Source: Candidatus Akkermansia intestinavium
GTDB lineage: Bacteria; Verrucomicrobiota; Verrucomicrobiia; Verrucomicrobiales; Akkermansiaceae
DNA: 64,000 bases
Reading direction: 5' to 3'
Assembly: GCA_019115065.1 (NCBI GenBank)
Contig: DXEH01000014.1
Coordinates: forward strand, 10,683 to 74,682
In this document: positions 51,802 to 60,094 of the stretch, one piece after another
Position numbering within the stretch: the first letter of the stretch is position 1
How the letters are laid out: each line of letters starts with the position of its first letter
The notes under the pieces: generated by a model
What the model was told of the DNA's origin: nothing
The model's database searches: none
What the model saw: the letters and a program-made list of their open reading frames with translations, nothing else
Position numbers and translations under genes: made by a program

Positions 51802-52815
51802 ATGAAAAATCTGGATGTGTTTGCGGGGCAATGCGTGCGTTTTTCCTGCTCGATTGAGCCGGCTGAGCACGGACCGCTGGTTGGTGCGCTTGAAGGTGAC
51901 GGGACTGCCCCCTTGCTGATGGAGGTGCAGGGGGATGATTTGCTGACGCCGGCTCTGCAGGCAGGGCTTTATCGCTATGAGATTCGCTGCGGCGGGGTGA
52001 CGGTGCTGGCAGGGCACGTGCATGTGCTGCCATCGCCGCTGGGCGCTGCAAGCGGCGAAGCGGTGCTGGTGGCGCAGGCCGATGTGTCGTCTCCGCTGGT
52101 GCAATGCACGGTGACGCTGGGCGTTGGGCCTCGTGGCCCGCAGGGTTACTCTGCCTATGAGACTTGGCTGAGTCTTGGCAACACAGGCAGCGAGCAGGAT
52201 TTTGTCGACTCGCTTGTGCTTCTGCCGGAGGAGAACAACATCAGCACAGGCAGCGGCACGGAGAACATCAACTGGCGCTGGGTGGCTATCGCGGGGGGAT
52301 TGCCGGATGAGACTTATCGCATCCGCGCTATCCGCGTGCCGTCCCGCACGGCAAACGCGGCCGGCCTGAGCTCTCAACCTCTCTTCTTGACGGTGTGGAT
52401 GGACGACGGCAACGGGCAGTTCAGCTGCGTGGCAACATCGAGTAACTCGATAACACCGCAGGTGGCCGTGGATTCAGTCTGGGAGTTCGACTCCGCCGCC
52501 CAGCTTATCCCCGGGCGCTGGCTGCGCCTCTGTCCTACGACCGACCCCTCTGAGACTTGGCAGGGCTCCCACAGCATCGGCGGTCGCATCGTTAAGGTGT
52601 CAGATGGCAGTAACATTGTCGGAAGTAACGGAAAGTCTTACGGCGGGAGGCTGGAGATGACGCTTACCTACGAGACGATGCGTGAAAAGTATGCGCCGAT
52701 CTCTCACGTTGACGATGTCGTGGTGCACCTGAGTGCAGAGGAGCATGCCGCGCTCGCCGAGCTGCTGGCTCGGAAAGATGACTTATTGGCCGGTCTGGAT
52801 GTGACTCATGAGTGA
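51802..52815 (+). CDS. Tail-fibre-like protein with collagen-like motif
   Basis: 337 aa. The motif GPRGPQGYSAYETWLSLGNTGSEQDFVDSL is common in phage fibre proteins. An SD (GGGAGG) precedes the ATG. Confidence 0.45.
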   Translation: MKNLDVFAGQCVRFSCSIEPAEHGPLVGALEGDGTAPLLMEVQGDDLLTPALQAGLYRYEIRCGGVTVLAGHVHVLPSPLGAASGEAVLVAQADVSSPLVQCTVTLGVGPRGPQGYSAYETWLSLGNTGSEQDFVDSLVLLPEENNISTGSGTENINWRWVAIAGGLPDETYRIRAIRVPSRTANAAGLSSQPLFLTVWMDDGNGQFSCVATSSNSITPQVAVDSVWEFDSAAQLIPGRWLRLCPTTDPSETWQGSHSIGGRIVKVSDGSNIVGSNGKSYGGRLEMTLTYETMREKYAPISHVDDVVVHLSAEEHAALAELLARKDDLLAGLDVTHE

Positions 52816-53284
52816 TTTCTACGCAGCGCGCTTGAGTGCGACTTATGCCTGGCAGGGCGAGTCTCCGGGGGAGTTGGAGCTGCTCTGTTTCGGCCGCACG
52901 CTATTGCGTGAGCTGCCACAGCGCACGTGGTCGTTGCCCTGTGATGAGCACCAGCTGGTGGGTAGTGCTTGGTCGCGTACGATTCCGAGTGGCAATGCTT
53001 CGTTGACTCTGGGGCTTCAACTGATGCTTGAGGCTCCTCGTGTGGCGCTGGTCGAGGCTCAGGCGCGACGCATGGAGTATGCGTTGTTGTCGCACCGCGA
53101 GGGGCTCTTGAGGTTGTCTGAGGCATATGACGGCGGGTGCCCTCTGCTTCAAACGACGTGGCGGGCGGTGGTCATGAGCTGCGAGGCTCATTTGTGCTCG
53201 CTTGATGATGCGCCTCCTCTGAGCGGAGCGGCGTGGGCCTTGCTGACTTTGGAGCTGAATTTAACACAACCGCAGGAGGATTGA
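52808..53284 (+). CDS. Hypothetical phage protein
   Basis: A 158-aa ORF overlapping both neighbours. Confidence 0.35.
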   Translation: MSDFYAARLSATYAWQGESPGELELLCFGRTLLRELPQRTWSLPCDEHQLVGSAWSRTIPSGNASLTLGLQLMLEAPRVALVEAQARRMEYALLSHREGLLRLSEAYDGGCPLLQTTWRAVVMSCEAHLCSLDDAPPLSGAAWALLTLELNLTQPQED

Positions 53285-54690
53285 TGATGCCGAAGGCGAG
53301 TGATTACATAGACCGCAAGGTGTCGGTGCCTTCGGAGATGAGGACACGGGAGTGGAATCACGTGGCCGCTCTGATCAAGGAGCGGGCCTTTTTCATGGCC
53401 AGTGTTGCCGATGCCGCCACGCTGGATAGGTTCCGCGCCGTGGCTCGAGCCGTAGCAGCGGGGGAGATGGGTGCCGGGCAGGCCCGCGATACCCTGCGAC
53501 GCTACCTGCGAGATACCGAGTACAAGGCCGCAGCCGGGCTGGAGGGCACGATCAAGGATTTATCGACGGCAAAGCGTATGCGCGCGACGCTGGATACGAA
53601 TGTGGCGATGGCGGCGGGCTGGGCTCGGCGGCAGCGTGCGCTGGCTGATCCGGCTCATCCCGGCTGGGAGTTGTTTCGCGCGGGGCAGGCGCAGAAGCCG
53701 CGTGACTGGGGGGCTCGCTGGCGTGCGGCGGCTGCTGCCGTGGGCTGGGTCGGCGTGGCACGAGGCGGTGCATGGGTGGCTCTGGTGAGTTCTCCCATCT
53801 GGGAGGAGCTCTCGGCGTTTGGCAATCCGTACCCCCCGTTTGATTGGGGGAGCCATATGCGGACGCGTGCGGTGGATGCGGCGACGTGTGAGCGCTTGGG
53901 GCTGCTGCCGAATGCCGCAGATGGGGGTGATGCGATGCCGGAGAGTCTCAATGCGAATGTGGAGGCGCAGGTGCGCCTGAGTGATGCAGCGCTGCTGCGC
54001 GAGTTGGATAAGGTGCTCTCGGGAGTGGCGACGCGGAGGGGCAATACGTATTACCTCAACGACGTGAACGGCACGCGGTCGGCGCGCTGGGATGAGATTG
54101 GCCCGATGATTGCCGGCCCTCTGAGCCCGGCGGCTCGTGCTGCCGGGGTGGAGCAGCGCCAGAAGCGTGCGGTGGAGATGTGGTGCCAGGATTCGGGTAA
54201 ATTTGCTCCGGACGCACATGGCAAAGGCGCCGCAACGCTGGACGAGAAGGAAGATCTGGCCCGGCTGGTGAACCGCATCGTGCCGACGGCATCCGGTGAT
54301 GAGGATGGCGGCCCGATCAGCCGGGCACTGCGGTTCCGCACGGCAGAACAGGCGCAGGCTATTCTCAGCCGCTTGCTGCAGGGGACTTATTCGTGCCGCC
54401 CGGGCTACATTGGAGAGAGCTGGAACAACAATGAGCTCACGGTGCGGCGATATGCCAAGGGGCAGACAAACATCATTCTGCGGTGCAGCAACTACCGCAG
54501 CCGTCGCAGGATTGACGGTCTGTACAAATACCTCAGGATTGACAAGCAGTATGAGGGGATACCGGTGGCCTCAGAGGGTGAAAGCATCATGCCGGCATCG
54601 GTACGCTTCGGCAAGGCCAAGCTGATCAGCAAGAAGAAGAATCGCCTGGGAGGTTACGACTATGAGGTTGCTGTCGAAGAAGAAAGCTGA
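53284..54690 (+). CDS. MuF (gp30/SPP1 gp7)-like head morphogenesis protein with extra C-terminal domain
   Basis: The start MMPKAS overlaps the previous stop. The block ...WELFRAGQAQKPRDW...FGNPYPPFDWGSHMRTRAV is collinear with the MuF PP.H.NCRC region but degenerate. About 200 additional C-terminal residues follow. Confidence 0.5.
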   Translation: MMPKASDYIDRKVSVPSEMRTREWNHVAALIKERAFFMASVADAATLDRFRAVARAVAAGEMGAGQARDTLRRYLRDTEYKAAAGLEGTIKDLSTAKRMRATLDTNVAMAAGWARRQRALADPAHPGWELFRAGQAQKPRDWGARWRAAAAAVGWVGVARGGAWVALVSSPIWEELSAFGNPYPPFDWGSHMRTRAVDAATCERLGLLPNAADGGDAMPESLNANVEAQVRLSDAALLRELDKVLSGVATRRGNTYYLNDVNGTRSARWDEIGPMIAGPLSPAARAAGVEQRQKRAVEMWCQDSGKFAPDAHGKGAATLDEKEDLARLVNRIVPTASGDEDGGPISRALRFRTAEQAQAILSRLLQGTYSCRPGYIGESWNNNELTVRRYAKGQTNIILRCSNYRSRRRIDGLYKYLRIDKQYEGIPVASEGESIMPASVRFGKAKLISKKKNRLGGYDYEVAVEEES

Positions 54691-54910
54691 GATCAATGTG
54701 TCTGCCATACGGGCCGCGCAAAGAACATTCATTCAGCAGGTGCTCCGGGGTCTTGGGAGGAATGTGGCTCGGCCACTTGGCATTGCGAAAGCGCTCCTGC
54801 AAGCGGCGATCGCGCTCCATCTCACGCTGCCACTCTTTCGTGGAGCGCACCTTTTCCGCCTCGGCGAATTCGGCCGGGGTTTTGTGGAGCTGCTTTTTCC
54901 TCTTCTTCAC
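54626..54910 (-). CDS. Possible small basic protein, antisense to the late operon
   Basis: 94-aa ORF. The first ~60 codons have GC-rich third positions: MKKRKKQLHKTPAEFAEAEKVRSTKEWQREMERDRRLQERFRNAKW... It fills an otherwise non-coding 257-nt gap and overlaps the 3' end of the MuF-like gene. Confidence 0.35.
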   Translation of the reverse strand: MKKRKKQLHKTPAEFAEAEKVRSTKEWQREMERDRRLQERFRNAKWPSHIPPKTPEHLLNECSLRGPYGRHIDLSFLLRQQPHSRNLPGDSSSC

Positions 54911-54947
54911 GGTTGCAGGGTATCATAATTCAACGGGTTAGGCAAGG

Positions 54948-55517
54948 ATGATTTTTTCGTTTGAAGCCATTGTGCCGCAAGGCCTCTTTCGCGCGGGCGC
55001 GGGGCTGCGCGAGGGGATTGCACGCAGCGCGGCGACGGAGCTGGAGAGCACGGTGAGCGGGCATTTTTACGAGATGCCCGGGCGTGAGTATTGGCGACGC
55101 GCCGGTGATCTGACGGAGGCACACCCGGAGCAGCCGGGGGTGGTGACGGTGAGTCAGCGGGGCGTGGCGTTGCATCTCTACGGCGGCACGGTTCACCCGG
55201 GTCGCGGGGATAGCTCCAAGACGGGGCAGCCGACAAAGTTGCTGGCGATCCCGGCGGACAAGGGGGTGCGCGAGTCGCCGATTTTTTACCCGGGGATGGT
55301 GTTCCGCCGGGTGCGGCGGGGCTACCCCCACTTGCGCGGTTTGCTGGTGCTGCCCGGGCAGCGGAGGCGGGGTGCGGCAGAGCCTCAGGGGCGTGTCATG
55401 TTCCGGCTGGTGGATCAGGCAACGATCCGCCCGAACCCTGAGGTGCTGCCGCCCGATGATCGGTTGGAGGATGCGATGCAGCGGGGCTTGGAGGCTTATT
55501 TACACGTTTTGAGATGA
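54948..55517 (+). CDS. Mu G-like virion morphogenesis protein (Phage_tail_S family)
   Basis: 189 aa. The block VALHLYGGTVHPG....KLLAIPAD resembles the conserved YAAIHQFGG...L.IP block. Confidence 0.55.
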   Translation: MIFSFEAIVPQGLFRAGAGLREGIARSAATELESTVSGHFYEMPGREYWRRAGDLTEAHPEQPGVVTVSQRGVALHLYGGTVHPGRGDSSKTGQPTKLLAIPADKGVRESPIFYPGMVFRRVRRGYPHLRGLLVLPGQRRRGAAEPQGRVMFRLVDQATIRPNPEVLPPDDRLEDAMQRGLEAYLHVLR

Positions 55518-58162
55518 TGAACAAGCAGGTTGATTTAACGCTGAGGGTGAATGCAGAGGTTGACTCTGCATCGTTTAACGCCGCACGCAATGCGGCGGCC
55601 GAGATTGCTCCGGCGGCGCCGGCGGAGCAGGTGTCTGCCGAGTCTGTGCCGGGGGGCGGCGAGGAGGCTGCCGCCGGGATTGAGTTGTTGGCTGCGGCTG
55701 AGGAGCAATTGGCTCAGGCTCGTGAGCAGGGCTGTGCTCTGGCTGATGAGTTGGCGCAGGCGGAGGGTGAGGTGTCGCAGCAGAGGGAGGCGGGCGAGAT
55801 GTCTGCCAAGCGTCAAGCTGCGGCGAGTGAGCAACAGGCACGTGCGGCCTCAAGGGAGAAGGAGGAGGAGGAGAAGCTGCTGCGAGCGATGGAGCTCGCA
55901 GGCAAGGGCCGCAATGCGCTTATTGCGGAGCTGGAGAGGTTGGCCAAGGCGCGACAGCAGGCGGCGAAGGCCGGCAATAAGGAGGAGTTTCAACGCCTGA
56001 CTCAACAGTCTGCGGAAACGCGCGAGGCGTTCGAGAAGCTCAATCAGGGACTTGAGCTGACCAACATTCAGATGACGCAGCAGGCGCAGATGGGCATGAT
56101 GGCCGGCCAGACGCTGGCGAATTTGGGCCGTGCCGCAGCAGGCGGGGCTGATGATGTGGCCGGCATGGCGGCTCAGGTGCTCTCTCTCGGGCAGGCGATC
56201 AAGGCGGGGTTGGGGCCGATTGGCTGGGCGATGATGCTGTTGGAGGGTGTGCAGGCGGCGTGGAATGCGTATTCCTCCGCGGTCAAGGCGCACCGCGAGG
56301 CGATGGAGGCCGAGTTGCGCATTGCTACGGAGATCAATGATGCTTTGGCCGGGCTCGCGAAGCGGCAGGCAGAACGCGAGTCTCAGGCGATTAGGGAGCG
56401 GTCGCAGTCTCGTCTCGCGGCGATGGACAAGGCGGTGGCTGATGAGAAGAAGGCTCGAGAGGCTCAAATGAATGAGGCTCTTGCCGCGGCTGAGATGGAG
56501 CTGGAATTGCAGGAGCAGCTGCGTGCGAGGCGGGAGGAGCTTTTGCAGGCGGAAGTGAGTGCCGGAACGAGGTCTCAGAAGTCGGCGGAGGAGGAGAGGC
56601 GACGCATGGCTGATGAGGCAGCTCGCCGCCGCGAGGAGCTTGAGACGCAGCGGCGCCGAGGGCAGATGGAGCTTAGGCGCCAGGATGCCGAGAGTGCCGA
56701 GGGCCTGCTGGATGCGGCGCGCCGGGCGGATGCGGAACACCGACAGCAGATGGGTGGTTTTGCGGATGCGATCGGGGCGCTGGATGAGAGCCGTGCCCGC
56801 CGAGATCTGGCCGAGTGGGATGATTTGCAGGCGACGGCTAAGGGCTTGCAACAGCAGATTGATGAGATAGGTCAGGCTAAGGAGAAGGCAAAGGAGTGGT
56901 TTGACGACGAGGAGACACTTGAGCGTCTGCGTTCCCAAGAGCGTAATCTTGAGATGCAGATAAAGGGGATTGAAGCTCGCCAGCAGACTCTTCTGGACAG
57001 TTACGATGAGCAGATTGCCGCAGCTCGCGGCATGACGGGCAGCGCCAAGCTTTCGGCCCGCGATGCTCTGGAGTTTGCGCTGGGCCAAAAGGATCTGGGG
57101 GCTCAGCTGGCTGATGAGGTGAGCGCTCGGGAGGCATCTGCAAAGGCCGCCCGGCAGTCTGCCACTGCGGCCTTGCGCGATGAGCAGCTGCGCTCTCAGT
57201 ATCAGGAGAGGCTGCGTTCGGAGAGCCGAGAGCTGGAGGAGCGCACGCGCCGCATGAACCAGCAGGCGGAGGCTCAGCAGCAGTTGCTCGAAAAGATTCG
57301 CACGAGTCTCAGCGGCATCGATGGCCAGTATCGCACGATGCAGTCATACGAACGCAAACGCTCCCTGAGTGAAGAGGAGATGATGAGGGCGGATGCAGCG
57401 ATGCTGGCGGCAAAGGAGTCAAAGTTGGTGAATCTGCTGATGTCAGCTCAGGGCGACGCTGAGTTGACACGCGAGATTCAAGAGCGATTGACGGCAACGC
57501 GGCGCGAACTCGGTTATCTCTACAAGGCATGGGAGGCTAATGTGGAGGCGAGCCGCCGCTGGCTGAGGCAGCTTGAGCCTCCGGAGTTGCAGAGCAAAAG
57601 CAAGTTTGCGAGTGCTCAACTCAAGCGTCTGGAGAAGGCCTATGCTGCCGCGGCTAAGCGTGTGGAGCGGGCATCGTCGCGCGGTGATGACAAGTCCGTG
57701 GAGCGAGGGCAGCGCTACATGTCGACCTTGGAGCGCAATATCAAGAGGTTGGCCAAGGGGGGGGATGAGACGGAGCAGTTTTTCTCTCGCACGCGCCGAT
57801 CGCTCGATGTGATGACGCGAGGGATGAACCCTTCCGGGGCTTCTGCGGTTGCTCATCCGACGTCCGTGCAGGGACGCAGGGCGGCGCCTACTCTGACTCG
57901 CCGGCCGGCGGCAAGCGCGTTGGCGCCTGCGGTAGTTCAGCCTCAGGAGCAGGCGTCTCTCGCTTCTGTGGTGCAGCACGGAGGGGCTGCTGCGAGCAGC
58001 CAAGAGTCTATGGCACGAGACCTCGCACGGCTTGTCGATGTGATGGACCGTGTGGCCGGCGCGGCGACGCGCGGAGCTGAGGCTGCCAGCAGCGGCCTGG
58101 CCGGTCTGTCGAAGCGCCTCTCGGTGATGGAGTCAGCTGTTAATGGGATTCGACGCGTATGA
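55514..58162 (+). CDS. Tape-measure-like coiled-coil protein
   Basis: 882 aa, very rich in A/E/Q/R/L heptad-like sequence. It is the largest late gene and lies after the tube gene. Confidence 0.6.
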   Translation: MMNKQVDLTLRVNAEVDSASFNAARNAAAEIAPAAPAEQVSAESVPGGGEEAAAGIELLAAAEEQLAQAREQGCALADELAQAEGEVSQQREAGEMSAKRQAAASEQQARAASREKEEEEKLLRAMELAGKGRNALIAELERLAKARQQAAKAGNKEEFQRLTQQSAETREAFEKLNQGLELTNIQMTQQAQMGMMAGQTLANLGRAAAGGADDVAGMAAQVLSLGQAIKAGLGPIGWAMMLLEGVQAAWNAYSSAVKAHREAMEAELRIATEINDALAGLAKRQAERESQAIRERSQSRLAAMDKAVADEKKAREAQMNEALAAAEMELELQEQLRARREELLQAEVSAGTRSQKSAEEERRRMADEAARRREELETQRRRGQMELRRQDAESAEGLLDAARRADAEHRQQMGGFADAIGALDESRARRDLAEWDDLQATAKGLQQQIDEIGQAKEKAKEWFDDEETLERLRSQERNLEMQIKGIEARQQTLLDSYDEQIAAARGMTGSAKLSARDALEFALGQKDLGAQLADEVSAREASAKAARQSATAALRDEQLRSQYQERLRSESRELEERTRRMNQQAEAQQQLLEKIRTSLSGIDGQYRTMQSYERKRSLSEEEMMRADAAMLAAKESKLVNLLMSAQGDAELTREIQERLTATRRELGYLYKAWEANVEASRRWLRQLEPPELQSKSKFASAQLKRLEKAYAAAAKRVERASSRGDDKSVERGQRYMSTLERNIKRLAKGGDETEQFFSRTRRSLDVMTRGMNPSGASAVAHPTSVQGRRAAPTLTRRPAASALAPAVVQPQEQASLASVVQHGGAAASSQESMARDLARLVDVMDRVAGAATRGAEAASSGLAGLSKRLSVMESAVNGIRRV

Positions 58163-59874
58163 CAATCTTGGATACGGCAACGGTCGGTGATTTGGAGGGG
58201 GTTATTTCAGCGGTGCTGACGGAGTCGGGCCGCGACGTTTCATCCCTGGAGCTTTCGTTCGTGGGCTTCGGGCCGGATTGGCTGGCATGGATGGAGCCGG
58301 TGTCTCTTCTGCATCACGGACGCGTGATTTTTCACGGCAAGGTGACGAGACTGTCGAGGACTAATGCGGGTGGGGCGGTGTCGACACAGGCGACGGTGAG
58401 CAATTTCTTCTGGTTGCTCAATCGCCAGACGCTGGCGCAGCAAATCGCTGAGCTCAAGGCCGGCGATGCCGAGGCCGGGTCCCTGCGGCTTACCGGCCAG
58501 ATTGGTGCAGCCGGCTCGCAGGCCGGCAGCGATGTGACGTGGGCTTCGGTTGCTGACGGTATGGCCTTGCAGGCCGACGGATGGACGGCGCCGGCGCAGA
58601 TCGCACCCGGCGGTGGCGGCAGCCGGTTGACGGTTGCGGCGTCCGGGCATGTGTCCGGGCGCGTCTGCTGGGCTGTTACGGACAAGCTCATCACGTCGGC
58701 GTCCGCGCTCTGGAAGCTGCGCCGGCGTGAGGCTGATGTGTATTTCATCGTAGATTATGCCTCCGGCACGCTGACGGCTACGGCGATTGACGATATGCCG
58801 AGCATGACGCTCGACACGCAGCGACAGGAGGTGCTCGCTTGCGATGGTATCGAGCCCCAGTATGAGTCGCAGATTACGGGCGTGGCCATTGCCTACACGT
58901 CTTCGACGGGCCGCGTGCGTGTTTACACGTGGCCGGCAGGGTTGGATATGAGTGCCGACGGGGTGAAGGTGTTTGCGCTTTCGGGGGATTACTACGTGTC
59001 GTCTTGGTCAAAGGTGGCTCGGCAGTATTACGAATCGGCGTCTGTGCTTCAGTGGGGCGGCTCTGTGAGTGTGATGATGGACTCTCTGGAGGAGAGTCCC
59101 TTGGGTTATTGTCTGAATCTCGTTGGCCCGGGTACCCATGATAGCTGGCATGAGATGCGCGCCGCGGTTTCCGGGGTGACGTGGGATTTCCTCGCACGCA
59201 CGGTATCCATCAGTTTGGGGCGTGACTTTTCCGACCCCGACTTCGCAGATGCTCAGCCGCTGGAGGATGCGGGGCAGGATGGCGGCGAGAGCCCGGATGA
59301 GGGTGATGAATCTGACGGGTCGGGCGAGTCCGGCGACTCGGGATCGGATGATTATTCGGCGTCGTTTGGCGGGTCGTACGATACGGAAGGGTCGCTTCCG
59401 GTGGTGCCCTCTGATTCTTGGGAAACGGGCTCCTATGTGGAGCCGGGGCCACCCCTGTTCTCTTCCGGCAGCGATGAAGTCGGAAGTGAGGTTTCAGGCA
59501 GCGAGGAAGCCGAGGGCGGAAGTTCGGGTGGCGGCGGAGACCCGGAGCCCGGTGGCTCGACGCCTTCCGGCTCATCGGCAGAAGGAGGAGTCTGTGGGGA
59601 TGACTGCTCTTGCAGGGTGGAGCTCAAGGCCCTGACTGCTCGTGTGGCTGAGCTGGAGCGCAAAGTTAAACAGCTTGAAGCCCGACCGGCCGGAGGATTC
59701 ACGATTGATGAGATCGAGCAATTGATCGCGGAGGGTATCCGCCAGCTCGAATGGTCCGTGGATGTGCAAGGCCTCATCGAGCAGACCTATCGCGGCAACC
59801 TGACGATAACCTCGTCAGGTCAGGGGCCTGTCGGCAGCGGACAAGTAGACACCTTTGTGGCATATGGAGAGTGA
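58159..59874 (+). CDS. Tail tip/baseplate-like structural protein with acidic low-complexity linker and C-terminal coiled coil
   Basis: 571 aa, overlapping the tape-measure stop. It contains DEGDESDGSGESGDSGSDDY... followed by ELKALTARVAELERKVKQLE. Confidence 0.4.
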   Translation: MTILDTATVGDLEGVISAVLTESGRDVSSLELSFVGFGPDWLAWMEPVSLLHHGRVIFHGKVTRLSRTNAGGAVSTQATVSNFFWLLNRQTLAQQIAELKAGDAEAGSLRLTGQIGAAGSQAGSDVTWASVADGMALQADGWTAPAQIAPGGGGSRLTVAASGHVSGRVCWAVTDKLITSASALWKLRRREADVYFIVDYASGTLTATAIDDMPSMTLDTQRQEVLACDGIEPQYESQITGVAIAYTSSTGRVRVYTWPAGLDMSADGVKVFALSGDYYVSSWSKVARQYYESASVLQWGGSVSVMMDSLEESPLGYCLNLVGPGTHDSWHEMRAAVSGVTWDFLARTVSISLGRDFSDPDFADAQPLEDAGQDGGESPDEGDESDGSGESGDSGSDDYSASFGGSYDTEGSLPVVPSDSWETGSYVEPGPPLFSSGSDEVGSEVSGSEEAEGGSSGGGGDPEPGGSTPSGSSAEGGVCGDDCSCRVELKALTARVAELERKVKQLEARPAGGFTIDEIEQLIAEGIRQLEWSVDVQGLIEQTYRGNLTITSSGQGPVGSGQVDTFVAYGE

Positions 59875-60094
59875 TTTGGCGGTTCGTATCAAAACGCTGG
59901 CGGCCGTGATGACTCAAGTGCAGCTGGCGCAAGCGAGTGTGGAGCACAGCAATCGCGATGCTCTCCTCAGCCCCTCGGAATGGTATGTTGATGCAGCATG
60001 GACGCTGCGCCACCGGCTCACGACGTCGGCCTCATGGGCGGTGCAGCCTGGCCGGGCAGCATTAACCCTCAACTATACCGCAGTGGTGATATGA
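59864..60094 (+). CDS. Small hypothetical protein, translationally coupled on both sides
   Basis: The MESDLAVRIKTL... start overlaps the preceding stop. Its own stop overlaps the glycosyltransferase ATG (ATGA). Confidence 0.35.
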   Translation: MESDLAVRIKTLAAVMTQVQLAQASVEHSNRDALLSPSEWYVDAAWTLRHRLTTSASWAVQPGRAALTLNYTAVVI

